From NCBI GenBank assembly GCA_037441425.1, contig JBBISF010000001.1, positions 632 through 64,631 on the forward strand: 64,000 bases of DNA, read 5' to 3'. Shown here one piece after another: positions 40,033 to 49,917 of the stretch. Every line of letters begins with the position of its first letter. Position 1 is the stretch's first letter. Under the pieces are notes generated by a model. The model ran no database searches, was not told the DNA's origin, and saw only the letters and a list, made by a program, of their open reading frames with translations. The stretch is from Verrucomicrobiia bacterium. Lineage in GTDB: Bacteria > Verrucomicrobiota > Verrucomicrobiia > Palsa-1439. The translations under genes were made by a program, and so were the position numbers.

Positions 40033-40776
40033 ATGAAACGTCTGCTCGGTTTTCTAGTTCTCGTTGTGCCCCTGACCGTCGTCTATGCCGGTCTCTTCGA
40101 TTGGATTACCAAGCCCACCGCGCCTACGAACACTTCCGCCGCCGCCTCCACCGCTGGTTTGACGCAAACCGAAATCACCGGCGGGCTTAAAGAGGCGCTG
40201 GCCAACGGCATCCAGCACGCCATCGCCCAACTGGGCAAGGAGGGCGGTTTTCTTAACAATCTCGACGTCAAAATCCCCATGCCGGACAATCTGCAAAGGA
40301 TTGACAAGACCCTGCGCACCCTCGGCCAAGGAAAGATCGCCGACGAATTCATCGCCACAATGAACCATGCCGCCGAGCAAGCCGTACCGGAAGCCGCACA
40401 GGTTTTCGGCGACGCCATCAAAACGATGACTGTTGACGACGCCCGCGCCATTCTGACCGGCCCCAATGACGCCGCGACGCAGTATTTCCGCAAGACCAGT
40501 GAAGACCAACTCCGGCAGAAGTTTCTCCCCATCGTCAAGGCGACGACCGCAAAAGTCGGTGTCACCAGCGCCTACAAAAATCTCATGGCTAAAGCCGGTC
40601 CCGCCGCCGCCTTCCTCGGCCCGGATGCCGGCGACCTCGACGGTTACGTCACCCAAAAATCGCTCGATGGTCTGTTCAAAATGATCGCCGTTGAGGAAGC
40701 GCGCATCCGCCAGAACCCGGTCGCCCGCAGCACTGAGTTGCTCAAAAAAGTTTTCGGGGCCGTCCAACCGAAATAG
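40033..40776 (+). CDS. DUF4197 domain-containing secreted protein
   Basis: Signal peptide, then GLTQTEITGGLKEALANGIQHAIAQLGKEGGFLNN..VKIPMP, the characteristic DUF4197 opening. Confidence 0.8.
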   Translation: MKRLLGFLVLVVPLTVVYAGLFDWITKPTAPTNTSAAASTAGLTQTEITGGLKEALANGIQHAIAQLGKEGGFLNNLDVKIPMPDNLQRIDKTLRTLGQGKIADEFIATMNHAAEQAVPEAAQVFGDAIKTMTVDDARAILTGPNDAATQYFRKTSEDQLRQKFLPIVKATTAKVGVTSAYKNLMAKAGPAAAFLGPDAGDLDGYVTQKSLDGLFKMIAVEEARIRQNPVARSTELLKKVFGAVQPK

Positions 40777-40827
40777 ACACGCGCCGGCTTGCCGGTCTGC
40801 GCGGGCTGCGCTACCTTCGCAGCCGGT

Positions 40828-41802
40828 ATGCAAACTCTGGTCTTGTGGCTCTTGGCGGCAACGCTGGCCGCGGCCGAGCCCCCCAACAATTTCGCGCGCG
40901 CCATCCGCCAATTGGGCGCCGCGGACTTCAAAGCCCGCGAGGCGGCGACGCAACAACTCTGGGCCGCCGGCCCGGCGGCTGAACCAGCTTTGGAGCAAGC
41001 CAGCCAAAGCCACGATCCGGAAGTGGCGATCCGCGCGCGACGGGTGTTGGCCGATTTGCGCATGGGGATCCGCCCGGACACGCCGCCGGCAATCCGGGAT
41101 CTGTTGCGGAATTACCGGGACGGCTCGCTCGACGAAAAACAAGCCATGGTGAGCGAGTTGGTCGACGCCACCGAGCCGAATGACGCTTTGTTGGGCCAGC
41201 TTTCGGCCACGGAAACTAATCCGGCGCAGCGCGCCCTGATTTTCGGCACCGCGCTGCAACCGGTGGCGTTGGCCATCACCGACCTAGCCGGACAGGACGA
41301 ACCGGATGACGTGTCGTTCAACAAATTGATGAAAGCGGTGCGGTTGTGGCAGGTGGTGATGCCGGAAGACCTCAGCGTGCCGGTTCTCTTGCTGCCGCCG
41401 TTGGACAAATGGGGCAAGAAAGAGCAGGCCGACGCGTTGTTCGCCAAAGCGTTTGCCGCGCAAAAGAAGCTCTGCGCGCAAACACCACTCAGTGCCGATG
41501 CGGACAACAATCTCGCCTGGCTTTGTGCGGTCGCGCGCCGGGAACTGGAGGCCGCATTACTCTACGCGCAAAAGGCGGTGGAGCTGGCGCCCAAAAGTGC
41601 GGCGTATTGGGACACCGCGGCGGAAATCGAATTTCAGTTGGGGCATCAGGCCCGGGCGTTGGAACTGATCAAGAAGGCGGTCGAGTTGGAGCCGCAGTTT
41701 CATTACTTCCGGCAACAGCAGGAGCGGATGCAGAAAGGCGACCGGAAATCGCTTCCGCCGGAATTGAACGACGAAGACGCGGAACAACTTCCGACGCAGT
41801 AA
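40828..41802 (+). CDS. secreted HEAT/TPR-like repeat protein
   Basis: Signal peptide MQTLVLWLLAATLAAAEP at in-frame ATG 40828. C-terminal TPR-like helices (NNLAWLCAV..., YWDTAAEIEFQLGHQARALELIKKAVELEP). Confidence 0.6.
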   Translation: MQTLVLWLLAATLAAAEPPNNFARAIRQLGAADFKAREAATQQLWAAGPAAEPALEQASQSHDPEVAIRARRVLADLRMGIRPDTPPAIRDLLRNYRDGSLDEKQAMVSELVDATEPNDALLGQLSATETNPAQRALIFGTALQPVALAITDLAGQDEPDDVSFNKLMKAVRLWQVVMPEDLSVPVLLLPPLDKWGKKEQADALFAKAFAAQKKLCAQTPLSADADNNLAWLCAVARRELEAALLYAQKAVELAPKSAAYWDTAAEIEFQLGHQARALELIKKAVELEPQFHYFRQQQERMQKGDRKSLPPELNDEDAEQLPTQ

Positions 41803-41805
41803 GGT

Positions 41806-43812
41806 CTAAGCCTTGGCCGTTTCTGGTCCGACCCCGGGCGGCGGCAGCACCGGCTCCACACCGGTTGTGTCGGAAGTCGCCGCGGGCGCGGCGGCAGCCG
41901 GCGGTTGTTTGTTGCTGGAACGCGTGGGCGGTTTGGCCAGCTTGCCGGTTTCGAACAATTCTTCGATCTCCTGCGCATCGAGCGTCTCGTACTCGATCAG
42001 CGCTTCGGCCAGCGCCACCAGTTTATCGCGATTCTGCGTGATGATCTCGCGGGCGCGGGCGTAACAATGGTCAATGAGGCTGCGGACTTCCTCGTCCACT
42101 TCGCGCGAGGTCTGTTCGCTGACCTCGCGGCCCTTGAAGAGATCCCGGCCGAGGAACATGTGCTCCTCGTGGTCGCTGACGTTGACCATCCCGATCTTCT
42201 CGCTCATGCCCCATTCGGTGACCATCTTGCGGGCGATGTGCGTGGCTTGTTTGATGTCACCCGCCGCGCCGCTGGTGTAATCGCTGAAGGTTAACTCCTC
42301 CGCGATCCGGCCACCCATGATACCCGTAATCTCATCAAGCAACTGGTTCTTGCTCTCGTGGTATTTGTCCTTCTCCGGCAATGAGAACGTCGCGCCCAGA
42401 TACATGCCGCGCGGAATGATCGTGACCTTGTGCAGCGGCTCGGTGTGCTCCAGCTTGTACATCACCAGCGCGTGACCGGCCTCGTGATAAGCGGTGATCT
42501 TCTTGTCTTTCTCATCGAGCGCGCGGCTACGGCGTTCGCGGCCCCAACGGACCTTGTCGCGGGCTTCTTCCAGTTCTTCCATGCCGACCGCTTTTTTCTC
42601 CCGGCGCGCCGCCAGCAAGGCGGCTTCGTTGATCAAGTTCGCGAGGTCGGCCCCGGAAAAACCGGGTGTGCCGCGCGCAATCACCTTCATATCCACGTCT
42701 TTGCCTAGCTTCACGGCGCGGGCGTGGACTTTGAGGATTTCCTCGCGCCCCACGAGGTCCGGCATATCAATGACAATCTGCCGGTCGAACCGGCCCGGCC
42801 GCAGCAGCGCGGCATCGAGCACGTCGGGCCGGTTGGTGGCCGCGATGATAATGACGCCTTCCTGCGTGTCGAAACCGTCCATTTCGACGAGCAACGCGTT
42901 CAACGTCTGCTCGCGTTCATCATGGCCGCCGCCGATGCCGCTGAACCGGGACCGGCCGACCGCATCAATTTCATCAATAAAGATCAGGCACGGCGCGCTG
43001 CGTTTGCCTTGCTCGAACATGTCACGCACGCGGCTGGCCCCGACGCCGACGAACATCTCGACGAAATCGGAACCGCTAATCGAGAAGAACGGCACGTTCG
43101 CCTCGCCGGCAATCGCCTTGGCCAGCAGCGTCTTGCCGGTGCCCGGCGGGCCGATCATCAACACGCCTTTGGGAATCCGGCCGCCCAAGCGCTGGAACTT
43201 CTTCGGGTCCTTGAGAAACTCGATGATCTCTTCGACTTCTTCCTTCGCCTCCTGCATGCCGGCGACTTCCTTGAAGGTGACCTTGTTCTTGTCGCGGCTC
43301 AACATCCGGGCGCGGGACTTGCCGAAACTCATCGCGCCTTTGCCGGCCATCTTGATCTGCCGGACAAAGAAGAAATAGAGCAGCCCGAACAACAACAGGA
43401 TCGGCAGCGCGCCCCAGAAAAATTGCGTCAGCAACGTGCTGGCCTCGTCGAAGTCCAACGCCACGTTGTGTTGGCTGAAATACTTCTGCATTTCGTCGCC
43501 CCACGCGAGCTTCGAGGTGAACTTAACCGGGGTGTGCGTGGTGGGATCGGGGTACTCGCCTTTGACGGTCGCCAGCAAGCCCTGCCCGGTCACGACGGTG
43601 ATGGCCTTCACGTCGCCAGCATTGATTTTCTCCTGAAGCTGGCCAAAGGTGATTTCTTTGACGTCGCTGAGCCGTTTGTCTTTGAGAATGAGCAGGGCCG
43701 GCACGATCAGCAAGAGGATGACCCACAAGATGATCATCCGCGGGGAAAACCGCGGGTCGCGTCCCTCGCCGGGCCGTTTCAGTTTTGGCAGCCGTGATTC
43801 GTTGTTATCCAT
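41806..43812 (-). CDS. ftsH: ATP-dependent zinc metalloprotease FtsH
   Basis: Walker [14 protein letters not shown], Walker [13 protein letters not shown] region and zinc site HEAGHAL. 668 aa. Confidence 0.96.
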   Translation of the reverse strand: MDNNESRLPKLKRPGEGRDPRFSPRMIILWVILLLIVPALLILKDKRLSDVKEITFGQLQEKINAGDVKAITVVTGQGLLATVKGEYPDPTTHTPVKFTSKLAWGDEMQKYFSQHNVALDFDEASTLLTQFFWGALPILLLFGLLYFFFVRQIKMAGKGAMSFGKSRARMLSRDKNKVTFKEVAGMQEAKEEVEEIIEFLKDPKKFQRLGGRIPKGVLMIGPPGTGKTLLAKAIAGEANVPFFSISGSDFVEMFVGVGASRVRDMFEQGKRSAPCLIFIDEIDAVGRSRFSGIGGGHDEREQTLNALLVEMDGFDTQEGVIIIAATNRPDVLDAALLRPGRFDRQIVIDMPDLVGREEILKVHARAVKLGKDVDMKVIARGTPGFSGADLANLINEAALLAARREKKAVGMEELEEARDKVRWGRERRSRALDEKDKKITAYHEAGHALVMYKLEHTEPLHKVTIIPRGMYLGATFSLPEKDKYHESKNQLLDEITGIMGGRIAEELTFSDYTSGAAGDIKQATHIARKMVTEWGMSEKIGMVNVSDHEEHMFLGRDLFKGREVSEQTSREVDEEVRSLIDHCYARAREIITQNRDKLVALAEALIEYETLDAQEIEELFETGKLAKPPTRSSNKQPPAAAAPAATSDTTGVEPVLPPPGVGPETAKA

Positions 43813-43976
43813 TGCTTCCTAATCATATCCAAAAAGACTCGCCCACGGGGAGGGGGGACTTCCCGGAAAATGTTGGCGCAACCTAACACACCCACCCCTA
43901 CCGGCGCAACCGCTTTAGACAGTCCGGGCGTGCACCGCCGATGGTGGTTCAACCGCTGAATGACCCGCAGCCTGCG

Positions 43977-44213
43977 CTACAATTTCTTATGCGCGCCGTC
44001 GCAGAAGGGCGCGCCGCCGGTATGCTTGCACTGGCACAACGCGACGCGCTTGGGCTGGTCGAGTTTGAATTCGAGGGGCGAAAACTCCGAGCCTTTGTGC
44101 GCGCCGTCGCAGAACGGTTGGTTCTTCGACTTGCCGCACCGGCACCACCAGTACGTGCCCGCCTGGAGATCCAACACCGCCGGCTTCTTGTCCGCAATCA
44201 CAGGTTCGCTCAT
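43977..44213 (-). CDS. CDGSH iron-sulfur domain-containing protein (two CDGSH motifs)
   Basis: MSEPVIAD start at 44213. C.C..S...PFCDGAHK occurs twice (CRCGKSKNQPFCDGAH, CQCKHTGGAPFCDGAH). Confidence 0.85.
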   Translation of the reverse strand: MSEPVIADKKPAVLDLQAGTYWWCRCGKSKNQPFCDGAHKGSEFSPLEFKLDQPKRVALCQCKHTGGAPFCDGAHKKL

Positions 44214-44318
44214 GGGCGGAAGGATAGCACAGAGCCGCGCCACGCGCCACTTCGACCACTACCGTCGGCCGATGAATACATTATCGCAACCCGGCGTCTG
44301 TTGTCGTAGATTATCCCG

Positions 44319-46070
44319 ATGAAAGACGGTGATCATATGAAGACTTATTCAACTTCGCTACACAGTCTGTTGACGGCGCTCGTGGTTCTTGGAATCAGCT
44401 TCAATCTGGCCGGTTACGGCGCGACCCCGGCGGACACAGGTGATGATCAGGACGTGGAAGTCCAGACCCGCGGCCCGGTGCATGAGGCGTTCGCGGGGGT
44501 CGTCACCTACAATCCCGAGCCGGGCGTCATCGTCCCGAAAGCGCCGCCACCCAACATTCAGGAAGTCCCGCCTGACGAAAAACCCGCGGGCGACAACGTC
44601 GCGTGGATTCCCGGCTACTGGGCGTGGGATGATGACCGCCATGATTTCCTCTGGGTCAGCGGCGTGTGGCGCGCCCTGCCGCCGGGCCGGCAATGGGTGC
44701 CGGGATACTGGAGCAAGGTGGACACCGGCTATCAGTGGATTTCCGGTTACTGGGCCGATGCCAGGGCGACCGAGACCACCTACTTGCCGGCCCCGCCCGC
44801 CACGCTCGAAAACGGTCCCAACATCCCCGCGCCCGCGCCGGACGACTACTGGGTGCCGGGCTGCTGGGTCTGGTCGGACGGTCAATTCGCGTGGCGCCCC
44901 GGCTACTGGGTCGGCGGCCAGCCGGACTGGGAATGGGTGCCCGCCTGTTACACTTGGACGCCGCGCGGCTACATCTTCGTGGAAGGCTACTGGGATTATC
45001 CCGTCGAACGCCGCGGCGTCCTGTTCGCCCCCGTGTACTACGCCGGCCCCGTGTACGCCCAACCCGGTTACTACTACTCGCCCGTGGTGGTCATTGATCT
45101 GACCGTGTTTCCCGACTACCTGTTTATCCGGCCGCGTTGCCACCACTACTACTTCGGCGACTACTATGCCCTCAGCTATTACCACGCGGGCTTCTACGCG
45201 TGGTTCTCGTTCCAATCCCGGCATCACGGCTACGATCCAATCTATGCCCATCGCAGCTGGGAACATCGCCGTGACCCCACCTGGCGGCGCGACATCATCA
45301 AGACCTACAATTACCGGCGCAACCACGAAGACGCCCGGCCGCCGCGCACCTGGCGGGCCGAGCACAATCTTTCCGCTTCCGCCGTGGCCCAGAATCGCAG
45401 CCTCGCGGTCGCCATGACATTCAATCAACTCACCCGACGCCAAGACAGCCCAGTCCGCTTCCAGCCGGTGGCCCAAGACGAGCGCCAACGGATCGTCCAG
45501 CGCGAACGGGAAGTCATCCAAACCCGGGAAGAACGACGCACCGTGGAAACCCATGCTGGCCCGGCCAAGTCCGGCAAACAAATCCAGCCGTCCAAGGCTA
45601 AGCTGGCTCCATCGCCCATCATCGCGCCGCCCACGGAACAACCGGGCGATTTCCGGTCGCCGCCGCGCGAACGGAAGATTTCCCAACCGGAACGCAAGAT
45701 CGAGTACAAGAGCACGCCGCCCGCGTCCGGTGAACGCCCGAAGAATCAGTTGATGGAGAAACCGGCCCCGCGCCGTGAGACGCCGACCGTCGTCCAACCG
45801 TCGGCCCCGCGCCGCGAATCGGCGCCCAAAGTGCAGCCGGCGCCACAAGGACAATCCGCGCCCAGTCGCCGCGAAGCGCCGCCGCAGACCGAGCAACCAT
45901 CCCGGCGCGAGCCGCCGCCGCGCGAAACCAAGCCGGACCGGTCTGTTAAGGAGCGCGCGCCGGACAACAGCCGGGGCGGAGACCAGGGCCGCGATCAGAA
46001 CCGTGACCGCAGCCCACACAAAGGCAACGACAAGGGCAACGATCAATACCAGCAGCCGCCGGACCGGTAG
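44319..46070 (+). CDS. YXWGXW-repeat secreted protein with a Pro/Arg-rich low-complexity C-terminus
   Basis: Repeated W.PGYW units (WIPGYWAW, WVPGYWSK, WISGYWAD, WVPGCWVW, WRPGYWVG, FVEGYWDY). A signal-like N-terminus and a long basic Pro-rich tail. Confidence 0.7.
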   Translation: MKDGDHMKTYSTSLHSLLTALVVLGISFNLAGYGATPADTGDDQDVEVQTRGPVHEAFAGVVTYNPEPGVIVPKAPPPNIQEVPPDEKPAGDNVAWIPGYWAWDDDRHDFLWVSGVWRALPPGRQWVPGYWSKVDTGYQWISGYWADARATETTYLPAPPATLENGPNIPAPAPDDYWVPGCWVWSDGQFAWRPGYWVGGQPDWEWVPACYTWTPRGYIFVEGYWDYPVERRGVLFAPVYYAGPVYAQPGYYYSPVVVIDLTVFPDYLFIRPRCHHYYFGDYYALSYYHAGFYAWFSFQSRHHGYDPIYAHRSWEHRRDPTWRRDIIKTYNYRRNHEDARPPRTWRAEHNLSASAVAQNRSLAVAMTFNQLTRRQDSPVRFQPVAQDERQRIVQREREVIQTREERRTVETHAGPAKSGKQIQPSKAKLAPSPIIAPPTEQPGDFRSPPRERKISQPERKIEYKSTPPASGERPKNQLMEKPAPRRETPTVVQPSAPRRESAPKVQPAPQGQSAPSRREAPPQTEQPSRREPPPRETKPDRSVKERAPDNSRGGDQGRDQNRDRSPHKGNDKGNDQYQQPPDR

Positions 46071-46097
46071 CGGTCCGCGTTCAGTCGTCGGCCAGTC

Positions 46098-46115
46098 TGG
46101 TAGGGCGGGCTGCTG
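46098..46115. repeat. 18-nt short interspersed repeat ggtagggcgggctgctgc (copy 1)
   Basis: An identical 18-mer recurs at 47673..47690 in the same orientation. Here it can also pair with cagcccgcc at 46152..46160. Confidence 0.7.
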
Positions 46116-46194
46116 CCACTCGGCGAAGTAGGTCGCTACGTAGCACGAGCTCCAGCCCGCCGCTGTCTACCGGCACTCTGTCCCACCAACCGCG

Positions 46195-46611
46195 TTACTT
46201 CGTGAGGCCGCCGAGGGTGCTGCCCACCTTGTCGGCCGCCGCTTTCGCCGCCGCATCCGCCATCATCTTTTTGATCTGGGTGATGCTGTCGTCGATCAGC
46301 TTCTTGGCTTCCGGGTTTGATTGGACCTCGGTCGAGGTCTGCTGCAACAACGCCAACGCCTCGGTGTACTTGCCTTGGTTGGCCAGGGCCATCGCGTCGC
46401 TCACGCCGGTCTTGGCGCTCGCCAACAGATCGATGGCCGAAGGCGGGGTGCTCGGTGCTGTCGCCGCCGGAGCCGCGGGAGCTGGTGCCGGTGCGGGGGC
46501 GGCCACAGTCGGCTGGGCCGGGGTGGCCGGGGTTTCTTGTTTCTGGCCGCAACCGGTGAGCAACACCGTGCCCGCCAACGCGACCGCAATGAATTGGATG
46601 AGTTGTTTCAT
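46195..46611 (-). CDS. small secreted lipoprotein, Ala/Pro-rich linker plus helical domain
   Basis: Internal ATG at 46611 (MKQLIQFIAVALAGTVLLTGC lipobox). No family recognised. Confidence 0.6.
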   Translation of the reverse strand: MKQLIQFIAVALAGTVLLTGCGQKQETPATPAQPTVAAPAPAPAPAAPAATAPSTPPSAIDLLASAKTGVSDAMALANQGKYTEALALLQQTSTEVQSNPEAKKLIDDSITQIKKMMADAAAKAAADKVGSTLGGLTK

Positions 46612-46714
46612 GGACAGGGCTCCTTTGGTTACTCCCTTGGTATCACAACCTTCCCGGCGGGACAAGGACGACGATGGGGTGAGGCTGAAAGCCAACATCC
46701 GCCCGTCGTCTCCT

Positions 46715-47125
46715 CTACAACAGCGAGGGGAAGAGTTCGTTTTCCTTGGCGGAATGCTTTTCCAAGTGTTTCGCCAGATCCCGCAGTTGTTTGCGCACGG
46801 CGGCGACTTCCCGGTCGGTTTGCGGATTGCGCGCGAGCGCGCGGCTCAGGCGGCGGGTTTCGTCCTCGATCACCCGGTGCTCGGCTTCCAATTCCGCCAG
46901 CAGCGCGCCGGTGGCGGGCGTGGGGGGCGTGGCCGCCAGGACGGGAAACAGCCGGCGTTCTTCGTAGGCCATGTGACCGCAGAGCTGCTGCGTAAAGGTC
47001 TGGGTCGCCTCGACGGCCTTCCGGGGAAGCGGCCCGGGGCCGGCCGCACAGAGTAGATTGCAATGGGCGACAAACTGCGCCAGCAACCGGTGATCTTCCA
47101 TGGCGACGTGCACCGGGCGCGACAT
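46715..47125 (-). CDS. hemerythrin-like (HHE cation-binding) domain protein
   Basis: Internal ATG at 47125 (MSRPVHVAMEDHRLL...). H..., E.RRLFP, EAEHRVIE and H..KENELFP spacing is typical of hemerythrin-like four-helix bundles. Confidence 0.6.
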   Translation of the reverse strand: MSRPVHVAMEDHRLLAQFVAHCNLLCAAGPGPLPRKAVEATQTFTQQLCGHMAYEERRLFPVLAATPPTPATGALLAELEAEHRVIEDETRRLSRALARNPQTDREVAAVRKQLRDLAKHLEKHSAKENELFPSLL

Positions 47126-47276
47126 GGAATCCTTCGAGTTCGATTTGCTCGGCACAGTGGCGACCTTTGCCACGGAATATAGTGATGCCCGACCACCTGT
47201 CAATGGCTTGGCCGAGGGCTCTCAGCGGTCAGCCGTCAGCCAAACCGTCCGGGCAGAAGCAGATCACCACTGAAGC

Positions 47277-47306
47277 TTCACCCCGCCCGGGGCGGGGCAA
47301 GCGAAG
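47277..47306. repeat. 30-nt direct repeat containing a GC palindrome (copy 1)
   Basis: ttcaccccgcccggggcggggcaagcgaag matches 47578..47607 at 29/30 positions. The core ccccgccc/gggcgggg is self-complementary. Confidence 0.8.
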
Positions 47307-47577
47307 AACACTGAGCGGAGAACGAACCACACCACGCGCAACCTTGCCAGCGCGCCGGTGTTGAACCGGACAGCGGCAAGTCAACCCTTGGACAACCGAC
47401 AAAGCCCACATGAGCAAAGCCATTCTCTTGATCATCCTCGTGGCGGCATTGGTCAGTCCGGCCAGCGCCGCGGAAAACAATCGCACCCAGACGACCACCA
47501 AGACCTCCGACCTCGACGAGTTCGAGGGCACGATTGGTTCCCGACCGTATCCCGCGTCGCGCGGAACAAGCTGGAGG

Positions 47578-47607
47578 TTCACCCCGCCCGGGGTGGGGCA
47601 AGCGAAG
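47578..47607. repeat. 30-nt direct repeat containing a GC palindrome (copy 2)
   Basis: ttcaccccgcccggggtggggcaagcgaag. Confidence 0.8.
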
Positions 47608-47672
47608 GGCACAGAGTTCCCACTCCAACATTCCGGATGACTGGCTTGCCCGCCGTAGCCTCGGCGGAGGTG

Positions 47673-47690
47673 GGTAGGGCGGGCTGCTGC
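47673..47690. repeat. 18-nt short interspersed repeat ggtagggcgggctgctgc (copy 2)
   Basis: Identical to 46098..46115. Confidence 0.7.
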
Positions 47691-48316
47691 TAACTGAGAA
47701 ACGGCAACTCTCGCCGCGCTTCATCGGAGCAATAGAGCCGGTTGTTCCCATCCCAGACCAAGAGAATGTTGCGGTCAGCGCGCAAGAATGGTTCTATCCA
47801 AGACAGCGGGCGTGGCAGCGGATTTTCAAGCACCAAGACCAGCTTCGCTGGCTCGATTTTCTGGAGATACCGATACTCGTAGAGTTGCGACAGGCCACGC
47901 CGTACTTGGGCTTGTACGTTCGTATCCGTCGTCGATTTCATCTCGAAAAGAAAATTCTCCCCGCTGACTTTCGCCGCGAGATCAATGTAGCGGTTCGCTT
48001 TCGGAATCGCGCGGGCGTCGCGCAGCCGCGAGGCAACCAAGTCGATGAGCATCTGATGGCTGTTCGCCGCGCGTTCGCGGCTCGCTTGATCTATGAACAC
48101 CGTGACCGACTCGCGGCGTTCGCGGAATTCGCGCGCCCGGGCCTCGTACTCGCGAAGCTCGCAGCGCGTCGGAAACAACGGTTCATCGTCAGCGGTGAAA
48201 TTCACGACCGGCACGGCAGCCGGTAACACTTGTAGAACCAAGTGTCCCTGTCGGATCTTGGCTAGACCAAACTCGCACATCCAGTGGATGTATGACGAGG
48301 CCCGGCGATGCGCCAT
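47690..48316 (-). CDS. hypothetical protein with RecB-like PD-(D/E)xK nuclease motifs
   Basis: 208 aa. RYIDLAAKVSGENFLFEMKSTT (D...E.K) is followed by QLYEY (a QxxxY motif). It reads lower in GC than its surroundings. Confidence 0.45.
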   Translation of the reverse strand: MAHRRASSYIHWMCEFGLAKIRQGHLVLQVLPAAVPVVNFTADDEPLFPTRCELREYEARAREFRERRESVTVFIDQASRERAANSHQMLIDLVASRLRDARAIPKANRYIDLAAKVSGENFLFEMKSTTDTNVQAQVRRGLSQLYEYRYLQKIEPAKLVLVLENPLPRPLSWIEPFLRADRNILLVWDGNNRLYCSDEARRELPFLS

Positions 48317-48359
48317 GCTCTGTTGCGTGCCTAGCTCGGTGAAGCCAGCAAGAAAACGT

Positions 48360-48632
48360 TCAAGCTCTGCGTGCGTTGCGTCGCCGGGAAACCACCCTCA
48401 GTTCTTCCTTCCAGAACTCCTCGATGCGCCCGCGATACTCAACGCCGATCATTGGGTCGTCTGGAAATGTCTGACCGCATCCGCAGGCATAGTCGAGGAA
48501 TGTGACCACGCCGGCACGACCAAGCCACCGCTTGTTACCGGTTTCATCCGTAAGTCTAACCACGCGCACTGGCGTGCCGATCTTAAACGGCGCACCCGGA
48601 ACATCGCGGAGAATATGCTTCGCGCCTGTCAC
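48360..48632 (-). CDS. hypothetical small protein (90 aa)
   Basis: The ORF sits between two nuclease-like genes on the same strand. No recognisable family, possibly a small beta-rich domain. Confidence 0.3.
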   Translation of the reverse strand: MTGAKHILRDVPGAPFKIGTPVRVVRLTDETGNKRWLGRAGVVTFLDYACGCGQTFPDDPMIGVEYRGRIEEFWKEELRVVSRRRNARRA

Positions 48633-48653
48633 ATTATTCTGAAAGCAGCGGAG

Positions 48654-49388
48654 CTACGAACCCCACTGGCTGTCGATTGCGGCAACTTCACTTTCTTTGG
48701 CGTGCTTATCGGAGACCAACTCGTAGCTCGTGAATCGGGCTCTAGCGGCAATCGTGGCGAATGATGGGTGAGCAACTTTGGACGCAAACTCTTGTTTGCG
48801 GGCTGCCGGTGAGACAATCCTGAAGGTGACGTAAAACGCGTCGAGAAGCACAAACTTCAGAAAAGCGCTGTGCATGTCCGTCGTGTTTTCTACCTCGATG
48901 AACTCTGTCGGCATTTTCCGGTCGTTGAACCAGATGACATCAACCGTCGCCGCCCGGCGAACGATGTCGTCGTAGGTAAACGGATAGATGTCGTCGACCG
49001 TGATCATCTCGCCCAGCGGTTTCCCAAGAAACGATTTTCCACGATCTTGCTTTGGCACAAACGTTCGCTGCTTCTTAAGATTGCCAAGCTCCACAAGCAA
49101 ACCTTGGTAGTAGGTGTGATCGCTTTCGGGCTTCGGCTTCGACCTAATGTCCGCCGGCAGCTTATCTTTCGCTTCAAGCAGCGCCCATAAGCCCGGACGG
49201 ATCTTGAAAAAGAATCGCGGGTCTTGCACGATACGATTGATAGATTTGAACGGCGTCTTTGTCTTCCACTCGACGTCCGGGATTTTCAGCGCCTCCCGGT
49301 AAAGGTGTCCCAGCGTCGCGAAGCCGCCGTTAACACGCATCACCTCGATCACTGCGTCGTGTTGCTTCTTCTTCACGCTTACCAGCAT
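48654..49388 (-). CDS. winged-helix (Mrr_N/HARE-HTH-like) plus restriction-endonuclease-like domain protein
   Basis: 244 aa. The N-terminal wHTH pattern is [23 protein letters not shown]...[13 protein letters not shown]. The C-terminal pattern [13 protein letters not shown]...VDVIWFND...FIEVENTT resembles a D...EVE nuclease core. Confidence 0.45.
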   Translation of the reverse strand: MLVSVKKKQHDAVIEVMRVNGGFATLGHLYREALKIPDVEWKTKTPFKSINRIVQDPRFFFKIRPGLWALLEAKDKLPADIRSKPKPESDHTYYQGLLVELGNLKKQRTFVPKQDRGKSFLGKPLGEMITVDDIYPFTYDDIVRRAATVDVIWFNDRKMPTEFIEVENTTDMHSAFLKFVLLDAFYVTFRIVSPAARKQEFASKVAHPSFATIAARARFTSYELVSDKHAKESEVAAIDSQWGS

Positions 49389-49828
49389 CTTACTGGACGC
49401 TTGCCGGAAGCGCAGCCAAAAAACGGCACGGAATTGGCCGGGGTGTAGCGTTTGAAGTCCGAGTACACCGCGCCACCACCGAGGAACGGCTCGACGTACC
49501 GTTCGACTTCAGCCGGGAAGACTTCATCGAGCTTGGGCAGCAATGAGATTTTGCCGCCCGCCCATTTCAGAAACGGCTGCGCTTCGACGCGGGCGACTTC
49601 CGGGGCATCGGCAAATTCCATCGCTCGTTGTTCATCGTAGGCATAGAGAAGACCATCCGGCTCGCGGCTTGTCGCCCCGACAAGTTTGTCGGGGCTCCCA
49701 CGAGACGGAGGAAGTTTGGCGAGTTTACGGGCGAGTTTGGATTTTGGTTTCGGATCGGATCTCTGATCCACCCGTACTTTGTACGCGGTTTTGCTCTCCC
49801 TGACGACGGGCCGCGATTTTTTCGCCAC
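49379..49828 (-). pseudogene. truncated Dam-like DNA adenine methyltransferase (N-terminal fragment only)
   Basis: [17 protein letters not shown]...[12 protein letters not shown] is the Dam N-terminus and AdoMet motif I. The ORF ends about 25 aa later with no DPPY motif anywhere downstream. GTG start, basic 85-aa N-terminal extension. Confidence 0.55.
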
Positions 49829-49833
49829 ATGGC

Positions 49834-49869
49834 GATCCGATCCATAGATCCACCGCCGGGATCAAGATC
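49834..49869. promoter_or_regulatory. cluster of five GATC sites directly upstream of the Dam-like fragment
   Basis: GATC at 49834, 49839, 49847, 49860 and 49866 within 36 bp, starting 6 nt from the GTG start. Confidence 0.5.
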
Positions 49870-49885
49870 TAAATTGGAAGAACAG

Positions 49886-49917
49886 CAGAGATTCGGTTCC
49901 CTGCGCTCAGAATGACA
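49886..49917. repeat. solo REP-like copy related to the 31-bp inverted repeat of the nuo cassette
   Basis: cagagattcggttccctgcgctcagaatgaca shares both ends (cagagattc ... gctcagaatgaca) with 31331..31360 but has a different centre. Confidence 0.65.

Noticed and set aside
47410-47640. 76-aa signal-peptide ORF called as a real gene.
   Set aside because: It has no RBS, and its C-terminal third is encoded by a repeat copy. It is kept only as a note within a finding.
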